From an uncultured delta proteobacterium (GTDB lineage: Bacteria; Desulfobacterota; Desulfuromonadia; Desulfuromonadales; JACZKF01), in contig CAWFKQ010000009.1 of NCBI GenBank assembly GCA_963816395.1, forward strand, positions 1 through 64,000: a stretch of DNA of 64,000 nucleotides, in the 5' to 3' direction. This document shows, piece by piece, positions 29,556 through 40,495 of the stretch (within the stretch, counting starts at the first letter, position 1; each line of letters starts with the position of its first letter). The notes under the pieces are model-generated. The model worked only from the letters and a program-made list of their open reading frames with translations, was not told the DNA's origin and made no database searches. The translations under genes were made by a program, and so were the position numbers.

Positions 29556-31307
29556 TCAGCTCGCTACCAGGTCGCGAAATTTCCACGTCTGCTGCTCGTC
29601 TATCGTCCAGGTCGTCGGATCGATAAACACTCCATACTCGTCTGCAGCCCTCGTAAGGCTGACGACCCCGTTGCGTACATCTTCCAACACCTTCTCCGCG
29701 CTACGCTCCCTGGGCTCGCCCCAGCCGCCTCCACCACCTGCCTGCTGGAAGTAGAGAGTGCCTTCCGGCACGCCCTCCACGAGATCCTTGGTGGTGCAGG
29801 TGTACCATTCTCCGTCAGGATAGCGGAGCTTGATGATGTTCAGGGTACCTTCCTTGCCGCCCTGTGCGCCGCGCGCGGTTTCAACGTCACCATCGCCAAA
29901 CGTGACGAGTTTGATCTTATCGCCTCGGATAATGAACTCCGTTTCAACCCCGAGACCTCCACGCCACTGGCCGGCACCTGCCGAGTCGCACCAGAATTCA
30001 TGTTTGAGCAGCAAATGCGGAGTTTGTTGTTCAAATATCTCGTAATCCTGGTCGAGCACGCCACCAGAGGCGTCGATCATGCCGATGTGGTCGTAGCCGT
30101 CGCAGCCCTTTATGGCCCCGGAGCCTCCCTTGAGCCCCATGAACCCAATGTCGACGAAAGATTCACCCTCTTTTCGCGGATCACGGCCGGTGGTGAGACT
30201 GCAGAGAAGCTCGTTCCACTCAGCCGTCACGCTGTCGGGGATCACCGGAGCCAAAGCCCGCATGATCGCGTCGGCGATGTTGGGGCAAAGATGGTTTCCG
30301 TAGGTGGTGGCAGCCGGATAGGCAGCGTTAAGCAGCGTACCCACGGGGATTATGAACTCGATGGGCCTCACCATCCCCTCATTGTGCGGGATGCTGGGGT
30401 TCACCATTTGCAGAAAGGTCAGAATGGTTGCCGAGGCGCTTGACGTGTAGGTTCCGTTGACAAAACCCGGCGTTTGGGCATCGGTTCCCGTGTAGTCAAA
30501 GCTGATCTTACCGTCTTTGACGGTGATTTTGACGCGGATCGTGTATACCGAACCCGGAGTCTTCCCGTCATAGTAGGCCTTCGACTCGCCAGTGTAGACA
30601 CCGTCGGGAATCGAGCGAATCTCCTGCTCCATCATCCGCTGCGTAGCGTCGAAGAGGTGCTTTTTGTGCGCCTCAAACACTTCGAAGCCGTAACGCTCGA
30701 GGATTTTGAGTATGCCCCTTTCACCTACCACGCAAGAGCCAATTTCGGCGCGCATATCCTCTTCGACTATGTCAAGCCTGATGTTGGCGAAGATAAGGTC
30801 CCATACGTCCTTGCGCAGCTTGCCCTTCTCGTAGACCTTCACCGGCGGGATACGCAGAGCTTCCTGCCAGATCTCTGTCGCCTGAGGATTGTAGCCGCCC
30901 TGCACCGCTCCGCCGATATCGGCCTGGTGGCCCTTACAGGCTGCCCACGCCACCAAAGTATCGCCATGGAAAATCGGCTTGTAGACTGCCACGTCGTTGT
31001 TCTGATTGCCCATGCTGAAGACGTCGTTATGGAAGATGACGTCGCCAGGATGTATGTCATCGCCATAGTAGTCGATGATGTATTTGCAGACCGGCGCCAG
31101 ACTGAAAGCGAGGATGGGAAGGTTCTCCGTCTGCTCGAGGATATTGCCTTTCGCGTCATAGACGCCTGTGACGAAATCCTTCGCCTCGCAAAGGATCGGG
31201 GAGCGTGTGGTCCGGGTCATGGCGATGCTCATCTCCTCGGTGATGCTCTTCAATCGCCGCTGGAGGATCGACACCAGGACCTTGTCGATTTTAATCTGTT
31301 CGCTCAT
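29556..31307 (-). CDS. Hydantoinase B / oxoprolinase-family subunit
   Basis: RTTRSPIL.EAKDF, PGDVIFHND, HQADIGG, QEALRIPPVK, DSAGAGQWRGG, GGGGWGEP. Confidence 0.92.
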   Translation of the reverse strand: MSEQIKIDKVLVSILQRRLKSITEEMSIAMTRTTRSPILCEAKDFVTGVYDAKGNILEQTENLPILAFSLAPVCKYIIDYYGDDIHPGDVIFHNDVFSMGNQNNDVAVYKPIFHGDTLVAWAACKGHQADIGGAVQGGYNPQATEIWQEALRIPPVKVYEKGKLRKDVWDLIFANIRLDIVEEDMRAEIGSCVVGERGILKILERYGFEVFEAHKKHLFDATQRMMEQEIRSIPDGVYTGESKAYYDGKTPGSVYTIRVKITVKDGKISFDYTGTDAQTPGFVNGTYTSSASATILTFLQMVNPSIPHNEGMVRPIEFIIPVGTLLNAAYPAATTYGNHLCPNIADAIMRALAPVIPDSVTAEWNELLCSLTTGRDPRKEGESFVDIGFMGLKGGSGAIKGCDGYDHIGMIDASGGVLDQDYEIFEQQTPHLLLKHEFWCDSAGAGQWRGGLGVETEFIIRGDKIKLVTFGDGDVETARGAQGGKEGTLNIIKLRYPDGEWYTCTTKDLVEGVPEGTLYFQQAGGGGGWGEPRERSAEKVLEDVRNGVVSLTRAADEYGVFIDPTTWTIDEQQTWKFRDLVAS

Positions 31308-33409
31308 TAGAGGATCCTCCCTAAAATCTCTTTCTCCATCTCCTTCAGATAGAGGGTGTAAGTACCAAGTCGGTCCACGACGACATCGAACTCCGGTGAA
31401 ACGAAGGTCGAGGTATTAACTTGTTCGATGATTGCCGGCCCTTTCAACTGGTTGCCGTAGCGAAGCTCCATGCCGTCGTAGACAGTCACATCTGCAAACT
31501 TCCTCTCATTGGGCAGGTAGACGCTGCGGGTACCTTTTCGAGCCTGAGACGGATCTTTGCCCGCGAATTCCTGGGGCGAGAGGCTGGGCTTATCTGTATT
31601 GCCTGTGGCGGTGAGCCTGAGGTTAAGCAACTCCACAGGTGTTCCCTTGTCTTCAAGGGAATAGCCGTAGAGGGCATCGTGTTGGGGATGGAACTTGGCG
31701 GCAATCTTCTCTCTGTCACATTCCATCGCCTCCTCCCAAGAGATGGAGACTCCTACCTCGTGGTACTGGCGCACGTAGCGAAGATCGAGAGTAAGGAGGA
31801 ATTCGATACGGTCGGAATCGATCCCCTCATCGCGCAGCATCGACTCTCCCTGCTGGCGCATCTCCTCGCAGAGCTTGCGGAATATCTCGTCGTCCAGTTG
31901 CCCCATTCGCGTGGGATATGTACACACAAGATCATGCTTGAGATCGGAGCGGAGCATGCCTGCTGCGCAAAAGATTGACGACTCCCTGGGCACGAGTATG
32001 ACCGGTATACCTAACTCCAGCGCAATCATGCACGCATGGTTCGGCCCGGCTCCGCCTGCGGTTACCAGAGGAAAATCGCGCGGGTCATAGCCGTTTTTAA
32101 CCGCTACCTCACGCACAGCGGCGGCCATGGAGACGTTTATTACATCGTACATGCCGGCAGCAGCCTCATGGGTTTCCAGCCCTAGCGGTATCGCTACTTG
32201 CTCCTTGATAGCCTGTTTTGCGGCCTCCAGATCCAGCGGCATCCGCCCTCCGGCAAAGAAGTCCGCGTTCAGGTATCCGAGCACGAGATCCGCGTCAGTA
32301 CAGGTCGGGCGGATCCCACCCTTGCCATAGCACGCCGGGCCCGGGTCAGCCCCGGCGCTCTGTGGCCCCATGCGCAAGAGTCCCCCTTCATCAATCCAGC
32401 CGATCGAGCCGCCGCCCGAGCCGATGGTTACAACATCGAGCATCGGCAGACTGATGCGAAGCCGATTGATCTCCCCTTCAGTTGTATTGAGGGGCTTGCC
32501 GTCCTTAACCAGCGCAACATCAAAGCTCGTTCCGCCCATGTCGCAGGTAATGCAGTCTTGATAGCCCTGACCCTGGGAGAATGCCAACCCGGCCACAGGA
32601 CCACCGGCGGGCCCCGACAACAGCGTCACGGCAGGCCTATTCATCGCTAACTCGGGTGCTATCACGCCGCCATTGGAGCCCATGATAAGTAAGACCCCCT
32701 TGTAACCTAACCCATTGAGCTTGCGCATCAAGCTCGTCAGGTACCCTTCAAGCACGGGACCGATGTAGGCATTGAGCGCAGTGGTTGAGATTCTGTCGTA
32801 AAACCTGATTGCCGGACTAATTTCACTTGATATGGAGAGAAAAGCTTCCGGCATGGCCTTTTTGACCAGGCGTGCCACCCGTTCTTCGTGATCTGCATTT
32901 GCAAAAGAATTCATAAAGCAGATCGCCACCGCTTGGACTCCCTCCTCTTTGAAGGTTTCGAGCGCGGTGGCCACCGAATCTTCATCGAGAGGGGTGACTA
33001 CCTCGCCGAGGTAGTCAAGGCGCTCTTTTACGGGCAACCGAAGGTAGCGCGGCACCACCGGCTGGGCATTCTCGAAGCGATTGTTGTACTGCTCTTCTCG
33101 TATGCCTCTGCGCATCTCAAGCGCATCCCGCAAACCTTCCGTTGTCAGAAGTCCAGTGCGCGCGCCGTTGTAAGTGAGGGTGGCGTTGGTCGTAACGGTA
33201 GTGCCGTGAACAATTGTCTCAACTTGCTTGAGAAACTCTCCGGAGCTCAAATCCAAGTCACGTGCCATCTCTTCAATGCCTTGGATCGTGGCAATCGAGG
33301 GGTCCTTTGGTGTCGAGAGCACCTTATAGATTTGGCTGCTGCCATCCTGCCGGGTGAGCAGGAAGTCGGTGAATGTGCCGCCGACATCAATGCCGATTTT
33401 GTAGGACAT
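31307..33409 (-). CDS. Hydantoinase A / oxoprolinase-family ATP-binding subunit
   Basis: GIDVGGTFTD, HGTTVTTN, LSGPAGG, DMGGTSFD, GSGGGSI, SAGADPGPACYG. Confidence 0.93.
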   Translation of the reverse strand: MSYKIGIDVGGTFTDFLLTRQDGSSQIYKVLSTPKDPSIATIQGIEEMARDLDLSSGEFLKQVETIVHGTTVTTNATLTYNGARTGLLTTEGLRDALEMRRGIREEQYNNRFENAQPVVPRYLRLPVKERLDYLGEVVTPLDEDSVATALETFKEEGVQAVAICFMNSFANADHEERVARLVKKAMPEAFLSISSEISPAIRFYDRISTTALNAYIGPVLEGYLTSLMRKLNGLGYKGVLLIMGSNGGVIAPELAMNRPAVTLLSGPAGGPVAGLAFSQGQGYQDCITCDMGGTSFDVALVKDGKPLNTTEGEINRLRISLPMLDVVTIGSGGGSIGWIDEGGLLRMGPQSAGADPGPACYGKGGIRPTCTDADLVLGYLNADFFAGGRMPLDLEAAKQAIKEQVAIPLGLETHEAAAGMYDVINVSMAAAVREVAVKNGYDPRDFPLVTAGGAGPNHACMIALELGIPVILVPRESSIFCAAGMLRSDLKHDLVCTYPTRMGQLDDEIFRKLCEEMRQQGESMLRDEGIDSDRIEFLLTLDLRYVRQYHEVGVSISWEEAMECDREKIAAKFHPQHDALYGYSLEDKGTPVELLNLRLTATGNTDKPSLSPQEFAGKDPSQARKGTRSVYLPNERKFADVTVYDGMELRYGNQLKGPAIIEQVNTSTFVSPEFDVVVDRLGTYTLYLKEMEKEILGRIL

Positions 33410-33545
33410 GGTGGCCTCATAAATGGTGAACATTAAAAAGTTAACAGTGAATTTTAAGAAGCTTCCGGCAGTCTGCTTTGATCAAGCTGTGGCCCGAAAG
33501 CCAGTTGGCAATTTTATGACTGGCGCCAAGCCTCATGCCGTCGGG

Positions 33546-35174
33546 TCAAAATAGTCCTGGCTCGTCAAATTTTCCGAACACCTCCTTGAACACGTCCGAC
33601 ATTTCGCCTAAAGTTGCATATGCCTTGCAGCACTCCACCAACGGGAACATGGTGTTGCCGCCTTCACGTGCGACGCGCTCGAGGTTCCTTAGGCTATCAA
33701 CCACAGGCTGGCTGTTTCGGGTTTCACGAAGCTCCTTAAGGCCTTTGATCTTTTCCTCGGCCCACGCTTCGTTGTACTCGTGCAACTCCACCTCCTCCTC
33801 TTCCCCGGTGACATATTTGTTGACACCTACCTTCACCAGATCCCCTCTCTGCAAATCAGACTCGAATTCGAATGCCTGGTGAGCCAGTTTTCTCTGGATG
33901 AACCCGCTGCGGATGCATTCGACGATACCGCCGCGCTTTTCCACCTCTTCCATCTCTTCGCGGATCTTTTCGTCCATCTGCTTGGTAAGTGTCTCTATGA
34001 AGTAAGAGCCGGCCAGCGGGTCCACTGTGTCACGGAGCCCCACTTCCTCCATAAGCAGTTGGCAGGTGCGCAGGCTCAAAAGGGCCGAGTGTGGCGTGGG
34101 GATGGTAAACGCCTCATCGAAACTGCACAGAGCCGTGGTCTGCGCACCGGACAATGCCGCGGCCAACGCATAATAGGCGCCGCGCATGATGTTGTTTTCA
34201 GGCTCCGCCTTGGTAAGTCCGGAGCCGCCTCCGGCAAAGAGACCCCTCAGCCACAAGTTGCGCGGGTCCTTGACCCCGTACTTCTCCTTGAGGTTCCAGG
34301 CCCACACCTTGCGACCGGCGCGGAACTTGGCTACTTGTTCCCACATATTGCCGAAGATGTTCAGGTTGAAGCTGAAGCGGCCGACAAATTGATCTGGGTG
34401 ATATCCCCGTTTAACGACCTCATCGATGTAGGCGTTTGCGATCAGGAATGCGTAAGCCATTTCCTGGGCCGGGGTTGCCCCCGATTCGCGGATGTGGTAG
34501 CCGCAAATGCTGACTGGATTGGTGCGCGGCATCGCCTCGATGGAATACTCGATCGTGTCGCCAATCAGCTTGATGGCGGGCTCCAGCGAGTAGATCCATG
34601 CCCCACGGCCGATGACCTCTTTGAGGATGTCATTTTGCGGAGTGGCGGAGATCTTCGACTTGTCGAAGCCGAGCTTCTCAGCCGTTGCCTCGTACATGGC
34701 GAGCATGATCGAAGCCACGGCATTGATGGTCAGACCGGCCCCAACCTTATGCAGGTCGATCCCGTCGAAGGCGATTTCGAAGTCTTTAAGGCTGTCTACC
34801 GCCATACCTACTCGGCCAACCTCACCTTCGGCCATCTCGTGATCCGAGTCGTAGCCCATCTGTGTAGGCAGATCAAAAGCGACATTCAAGCCCGTCTGAC
34901 CGTGGCCGATCATTAACTTAAACCGCTCGTTTGTCTCTTTTGGAGTTCCAAATCCAGTGTACTGGCGGGTAGTCCAGGCGCGGGAGCGATAGCCTTCGGG
35001 AAAGATGTTGCGTGTAAACGGGTAGCTCCCTGGTTCGCCGAGGTCTTTAACGTAGTCGAAACCAACAGCTTCGAGATCCGCAGGACCGTATTGTGCCTTC
35101 ACGTGGATGCCAGAGGAGAGAATCACGTCCTGGACAGCATCCTTTTCATCTTTTATGTAGCGGGCAACGTCCAT
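33546..35174 (-). CDS. B12-dependent acyl-CoA mutase, large (substrate-binding) subunit
   Basis: PGSYPFTR, RQYTGFG, AFDLPTQMGYDSD, QNDILKE, GYHIRESG, DPLAGSY. Confidence 0.92.
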   Translation of the reverse strand: MDVARYIKDEKDAVQDVILSSGIHVKAQYGPADLEAVGFDYVKDLGEPGSYPFTRNIFPEGYRSRAWTTRQYTGFGTPKETNERFKLMIGHGQTGLNVAFDLPTQMGYDSDHEMAEGEVGRVGMAVDSLKDFEIAFDGIDLHKVGAGLTINAVASIMLAMYEATAEKLGFDKSKISATPQNDILKEVIGRGAWIYSLEPAIKLIGDTIEYSIEAMPRTNPVSICGYHIRESGATPAQEMAYAFLIANAYIDEVVKRGYHPDQFVGRFSFNLNIFGNMWEQVAKFRAGRKVWAWNLKEKYGVKDPRNLWLRGLFAGGGSGLTKAEPENNIMRGAYYALAAALSGAQTTALCSFDEAFTIPTPHSALLSLRTCQLLMEEVGLRDTVDPLAGSYFIETLTKQMDEKIREEMEEVEKRGGIVECIRSGFIQRKLAHQAFEFESDLQRGDLVKVGVNKYVTGEEEEVELHEYNEAWAEEKIKGLKELRETRNSQPVVDSLRNLERVAREGGNTMFPLVECCKAYATLGEMSDVFKEVFGKFDEPGLF

Positions 35175-35185
35175 AGCAGGCTCTC

Positions 35186-35575
35186 CTATACGTTTTCTTG
35201 AATGAATGCGATAGTCCGCTCCAGGGGCGTTCCACCCGGGAATATCCCGCGAATACCCATAGCTTCCAATTCAGCAAAGTCTCGTTTGGGGATAACGCCG
35301 CCGACGAACACCATTTTGTCGGTGACACCCTTTTCCTTGAGTTTCTCCTGCAACTTCCTGCAGATCTGGAGGTGCCCTCCGGTCATGATGGACAGTCCTA
35401 TGCCATCGACGTCTTCTTGAATGGCGGTGGACACGATGGCGTCGATGCTTTGATGGAGCCCGGTGTAAATGACTTCCATGCCGGCATTCTTAAGCGCAAG
35501 CGACACCACCTTAGCCCCTCGGTCATGGCCGTCCAACCCGGGCTTGGCGACAAGAACCCTTATTTTTCTCCCCAC
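35186..35575 (-). CDS. Acyl-CoA mutase cobalamin-binding small subunit
   Basis: AKPGLDGHDRGAK (DxHxxG), GLS, VGGVIP. Confidence 0.93.
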   Translation of the reverse strand: MGRKIRVLVAKPGLDGHDRGAKVVSLALKNAGMEVIYTGLHQSIDAIVSTAIQEDVDGIGLSIMTGGHLQICRKLQEKLKEKGVTDKMVFVGGVIPKRDFAELEAMGIRGIFPGGTPLERTIAFIQENV

Positions 35576-35624
35576 GAACTGCCTCCTCTGCTAGGGGCCA
35601 TAATGATTGATTTAACGTACCCGC

Positions 35625-35918
35625 CTACCCGTGACGATAGCGGACCCCGTATCCCCCCCTTGGCATTTGCCAGGTCAGAGCCCCATGGCGGCAAGTGACC
35701 ATGCACGTCCCGCACTCCAGACACCCAGCGAACTCCACCACCACGCGATCCGAGTCCTCGTTCCACTCGTAAAGCGATGCGGGACAAACACGGAGGCAAT
35801 AACGCTCGGTGCACTTCGTTCGGCACAGCTCATCATCGATTTGGATATGGCTTTTTTCGTCCTGCTTAAATGCGTTTTTCGCCAACTTCTCATCTATTCT
35901 CATTTCGTCCAACTCCAT
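35625..35918 (-). CDS. fixX: FixX-like ferredoxin
   Basis: C...C...CPA and GCLECGTC...C; PRGGYGVRYRHG. Confidence 0.88.
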   Translation of the reverse strand: MELDEMRIDEKLAKNAFKQDEKSHIQIDDELCRTKCTERYCLRVCPASLYEWNEDSDRVVVEFAGCLECGTCMVTCRHGALTWQMPRGGYGVRYRHG

Positions 35919-35951
35919 GGTCTTTAAATCGAATAAAACTATCCATAAAGC

Positions 35952-37238
35952 TCAGACTTTCCTCAGTTTCCAGAGAAACTTGGCATCATGCACATTGAAT
36001 GCTACGCGCCTGAGAAGTCGCCAAACTTTTGAGGAGATTTTTGTCGGCTGCTCGTTTTCAAGCTGAACCAGCTCCCGCATGAAGCCGCACAACTCAGCCG
36101 GGTAGCGGGTATACAGGTCTTGGTTCTCCAAAAGTTCAGGCATCTGGCGGAACGCCTCAAGGTAGGACCAGATGAAGCTGGAGCGAAGCTCCTGTTCGTA
36201 ACTCGACAGCCCCGCTGCCGACATGTCGCCCTTTTCGCGCGCAGCGATGAGCGCATCCGCCGCCATCTGCCCGCTGGCCAGGGCGAAATCCATTCCCCTC
36301 ACCGTGTAACCCATGTTGAGCGCGAGCCCCGCCGCCTCCCCGGCAAGCAGAATGCCGTTGCCAACCAACCTGGGAACGTCGCCCAGACCACCTTCGGGGA
36401 TTAAATGGGCTGAGTACTCCAACACTTCGCCGTCACGCACCATACGTCTGATGCGCGGGTGGGCTTTGAACGCATCGAAGATCTCCGGGAGCTTATCCGC
36501 ACCACCCTTGTCCATGAGCGCCCCCACGCCGATAACCATCCCAAGGGACAAGGAATCCTCATTGGTGTAGCAGAAACCGCCGCCCGTCATTCCGCGGGTG
36601 AGGCTGCCAAGGAAGAGCTCTGCCGCTCCCTCGCCGCGTTCCAGACCGAATCGGTCTTCGATAGTCCCGGCGGGCAAGCCGATGACTTCCTTGACGCCCA
36701 CGGCTACGCTCCTGGCCTGGGGGCACTCGCGCATGGCCGCCGCCTGGCCAACGAACGAGAACAGGCCATCGCACGCAATCACTGCCTCAGCCGGGATCTC
36801 TTCCTGATCCACTTTTACCCCGGCAACGCGGCCGTCCTCGTAGAGGAGCTCGGTAACCGGCTTCTCAGGTATGATGAAGACCCCCTTGCCCACCAGGCGC
36901 TCACCAAGCCAGCCGTCAAACTTGCTGCGGAGCACCGTATAACTTTTGGGTTCTTCCCCGCCCAAAGCTTCGTCGTGAAAATCGACATGCATGCTGCTTT
37001 GCCCATCGAGCACAGTCCAGGCCTCGTGGGTGACGGCGCGTTCCAAAGGGGCCTCACTCCACCACTCGGGGAAGCGCTCCCGAACACTACCCACGTAAAG
37101 GCGGCCACCGGTGATACATTTGCTCCCTGGGCCAGCGCCACGTTCCAACACCACAACCTGGAGACCTGCGTCCGCAAGTCTTTCCGCGGCAGCCAACCCG
37201 GCTAAGCCTGCGCCAACGATGACAGCGTCCATCTTCAA
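35952..37238 (-). CDS. fixC: FixC-like ETF:quinone oxidoreductase flavoprotein
   Basis: VGAGLAG, ERG..PGSKC.TGG, YTVLRSKFD.W, GGGFCYTN, EYSAHLIPEGG, RGMDFALASG. Confidence 0.9.
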   Translation of the reverse strand: MKMDAVIVGAGLAGLAAAERLADAGLQVVVLERGAGPGSKCITGGRLYVGSVRERFPEWWSEAPLERAVTHEAWTVLDGQSSMHVDFHDEALGGEEPKSYTVLRSKFDGWLGERLVGKGVFIIPEKPVTELLYEDGRVAGVKVDQEEIPAEAVIACDGLFSFVGQAAAMRECPQARSVAVGVKEVIGLPAGTIEDRFGLERGEGAAELFLGSLTRGMTGGGFCYTNEDSLSLGMVIGVGALMDKGGADKLPEIFDAFKAHPRIRRMVRDGEVLEYSAHLIPEGGLGDVPRLVGNGILLAGEAAGLALNMGYTVRGMDFALASGQMAADALIAAREKGDMSAAGLSSYEQELRSSFIWSYLEAFRQMPELLENQDLYTRYPAELCGFMRELVQLENEQPTKISSKVWRLLRRVAFNVHDAKFLWKLRKV

Positions 37239-37624
37239 GATTTTTGCTCCTTATTAGTCGGGTGCGCAGCCATTCAAGCCACGACACCGCCTAGTATTCG
37301 AGATACTAGTCAATATCGAGAGCCGTGAAAATTGCACTTTGGTAGAACACCATGCAGATTTTGTCTTTGGCCCACTAACCGCTAGCCCCAACGCGCTGGC
37401 TGCGGCTTTCAGAATCACCGGCGCAAAACTTGAAACACGATCATGCGGCACGTGATATCGGGTTCACCCAATTCGCCCTGAGGTATCGAAATGAGAGGAC
37501 AATTTTTCGCGAGGTCTAGGAAATGAAGGCATTGCGCGGAGGCGTACATCAGTACGCCGCACACGCAATGCCGCAGATTGAAGCAGAGATTGCGGAAAAG
37601 GGCCGTTTCCGGACAGAAAACGAG

Positions 37625-38930
37625 TTAACTCAGGAGTGAGGGCAACCAGGTGGCCAACGCCGGGAATATGACCAGCAACACCACGCAGATTACGAACGCG
37701 GCGAGAAACCACGACACCCCCTTAAATACCGTGGATAAATGGACGTCTGGAGCCATTGCGGCGACCACGTAGGTATTGACCCCCACGGGAGGCGTAATGG
37801 CGCCCAGGGTGGTCACCACGGTGACAACCACGGCAAACCACAGCGGATCGTAGCCAAGGCGTTCCGCTACAGGGAAGAAGATGGGGATGGTGATCAAAAG
37901 CAGTCCCAACGCGTCCATCAACGCGCCGCCCACGATATAAATGGAGAGCACCAGCAACAGGATGACTAATCGGCGGGACAGGCAGCGAGGCCACCCATTC
38001 GGCAGCGACAAAGGGCAACCTGGTCACGGCGAGAAATCGGCCGAACACAACTGCCCCTGCCACGATGATCATGATCATGCAACTCATCTTTACCGAGTCA
38101 TGCAAGGCCTTGGTAAGCTTCTTCCAGGTCAGGTGCCGACCGAGTACCGAGATCACGATGGCGAAAAAGGCCCCTGCCGCTCCGGCATCAGTAGGAGTAA
38201 ACCATCCAAGGGACAAGCCGCTCATGATCAAAACAAAGAGGATAATCATTTCGATCGAGCCGGGCAGACTACCCAATTTCTCCGCCATCGATGTGCGTGG
38301 CCCTGCCGGACCAAGGGTGTCGTTGCTTTTGCACAACAGCCAGATTGTCAAAAGGAAGAGGCTCGTCAAGAGAAGCCCTGGTATGAGGGCAGCAAAAAAC
38401 AGCTTCGCGATGGACTCGCCGGTTGACAGGCCGATGATGATGAGTACCACGCTTGGCGGGATAACCACCCCCAACGTCGCTCCCGTAGCCACCGAGCCGG
38501 TTGCCAGAGCCGAATTGTAGTTGAACTTCTTCATCTCAGGTAGCGCAACTGCGCTCATGGTGGCGGCGGTCGCTGCGTTCGAACCGCAAATGGCAGCGAA
38601 TCCCGCACAGGCCAGAACCGTGGCCATCCCGATTCCGCCACGAATGTGCCCGATCCAGGTGTAAGTAGTCTTGTAGAGCCGACCGCTGACCCCTGCTTCA
38701 AAACAGATGTTGCCCATAAAGATGAAAAACGGAATGACGGTCAAGCCATAGGAGGAGAAGGTCCCCCAGAGCGATGAGGTCAAAGAACTCATCGCCGCCC
38801 GGCTGTTGGTTACCTCCATGAAACCTACAAAGCCCACCAATGCCATGGCGAAGCCCACCGGCATGCGCGTAAAAAACAAAACCGCCAGCAACACGCCTAT
38901 GCCGATGAGACCGATGGTAACTGCGTCCAT
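37625..38930 (-). CDS. dctM: TRAP transporter large permease (frameshift near 37975)
   Basis: IPFFIFMG, GTLGVVIPPS-like, FTPTDAG, ITPPVG. Confidence 0.9.
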
Positions 38931-39415
38931 TACTTTGCCTCACTACCCAGGATTGCTTGGAAGAGGAGTGTCACCCCCATGCTCCCCAGCCCAAGTGCAA
39001 CAACATACACCACAGGGTAAAAAGCTACCCCCAAGGTCTCGGACATCTCACCGGAGGCGCTCAGCTTCATGCCGTATCTGACAATCTGCCAGGCCGCGAC
39101 ACAAAAAAAGCCGCCACCCACTACATCGCTCAACGTGCTGAGCATCCGTTTGATTTTCCCGGGAGAATGCATAAAGAGTATGTCCACTGCTATATGTATC
39201 CGGCTCTGTTGAGAGCCTCCTGCCGCCAGGGCCGCCATCAAGGCACCTCCCAGCCCCATAATCTCGTAGGTCCCCTGGATAGGCATCTTAAGTGGCCTCA
39301 GGATCATGTTCACCACTGCCAGCAACATCGTGGCTAGCAGTACCAGGGATGCCCCCCATAGAAAAACTCTGTTGAGCCCCGTAACGCCTCTTTTAAACAT
39401 CGACTCACCGTCCAT
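38930..39415 (-). CDS. dctQ: TRAP transporter small permease
   Basis: Four hydrophobic segments, HIAVDIL motif, located between dctP and dctM. Confidence 0.85.
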   Translation of the reverse strand: MDGESMFKRGVTGLNRVFLWGASLVLLATMLLAVVNMILRPLKMPIQGTYEIMGLGGALMAALAAGGSQQSRIHIAVDILFMHSPGKIKRMLSTLSDVVGGGFFCVAAWQIVRYGMKLSASGEMSETLGVAFYPVVYVVALGLGSMGVTLLFQAILGSEAK

Positions 39416-39470
39416 TAAGCTCCAGGGCCCTCGCGCAAGGCGGGGGCCCTGTGCCTATATTATTTGGTTG

Positions 39471-40495
39471 TTATTTGCCGAATTCTTGCTCGTACTTCTT
39501 CTTCAGCGCCAGCAAATCATTCAAGAATGCTTTGGCGGGCAATCCTTTTCCGGTGGTCTTCTCCAACCAATCGTCAACGATCGGGTTCATCATTTCATGC
39601 CACTTGGCATACTCTTCAGCGGACAGCTCTATGTACTTGTGGTTGTGGTTCTTCTCCGACCACTCCACGGACTCGCGCCCGTGGTCATCCACATACTTGC
39701 CCGTCCACATTGAGTGCTCCCTGGCGAGGTCATCCATGACCTTTTTCACATCGTCGGGCAGCTTGTTCCACGTGCCCCTATTCATCACGACACCAAAAGC
39801 TGTGGTCTGAAGATCGGAGCGGGTGGTGTAGAAAACCTGCTCGGCGAAGTTGAAGTCCATCAAGATATCGGTGGAAGAGAGGACGCCCTTCACTACACCC
39901 TTCTGGAGCGCCTCGACTGTGGCGGGCATGGGCATGGAAACCGGCACCGCGCCCAGAGCGTAAGCGGCTGGACCCCCGCCCCTGTAGCGCGCAGTTCATA
40001 ACCCTTCAGGTCCTTTAAGGTGCGGATCGGATCCTTGGACATGATGGATGCCGGAGGTGCAGTGAAAAGTGCCAGCACTTTCACCTCTTTGAGGGATTCA
40101 GGGTGGTACTTTTTGAAAAGATCCCAAAGGACGGCATTTGCCACTTTAGAGTTGGGGAACCCGACGGGCAGGTCGACACCTGCCAGCAACGGAAAACGGC
40201 CAGGCTGATAGGGAAAGGCTACGCAGCCGATGTCCGCAACGCCGTCAACTACCCCATCCATCATCGCCGTTGCCTTAAGCAGGGTGCCTCCGGGAAAGGT
40301 CTTTACAGCAACCTTTCCTCCGGTACGTTCGGAGACCTCCTTAATCCATCGATCCATCTGGACGCTGGGAAAGGTCTTGGGCGGCGGAAAGTTGGCATAG
40401 GTGAGGTTAACAGAAGAGTCCGCCCACGCCAAAGAGCCAAAAAGCTGTACAGTTACGAGGCCAAACAGAGCAAATAGAATTGTTAGCACCTTCAT
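39471..40495 (-). CDS. dctP: TRAP transporter substrate-binding protein (frameshift near 39955)
   Basis: Signal peptide, FPGGTLL, DGVADIG, DLKGYELRA, ALQKGVVKG, VMNRGTWNKLP. Confidence 0.88.
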
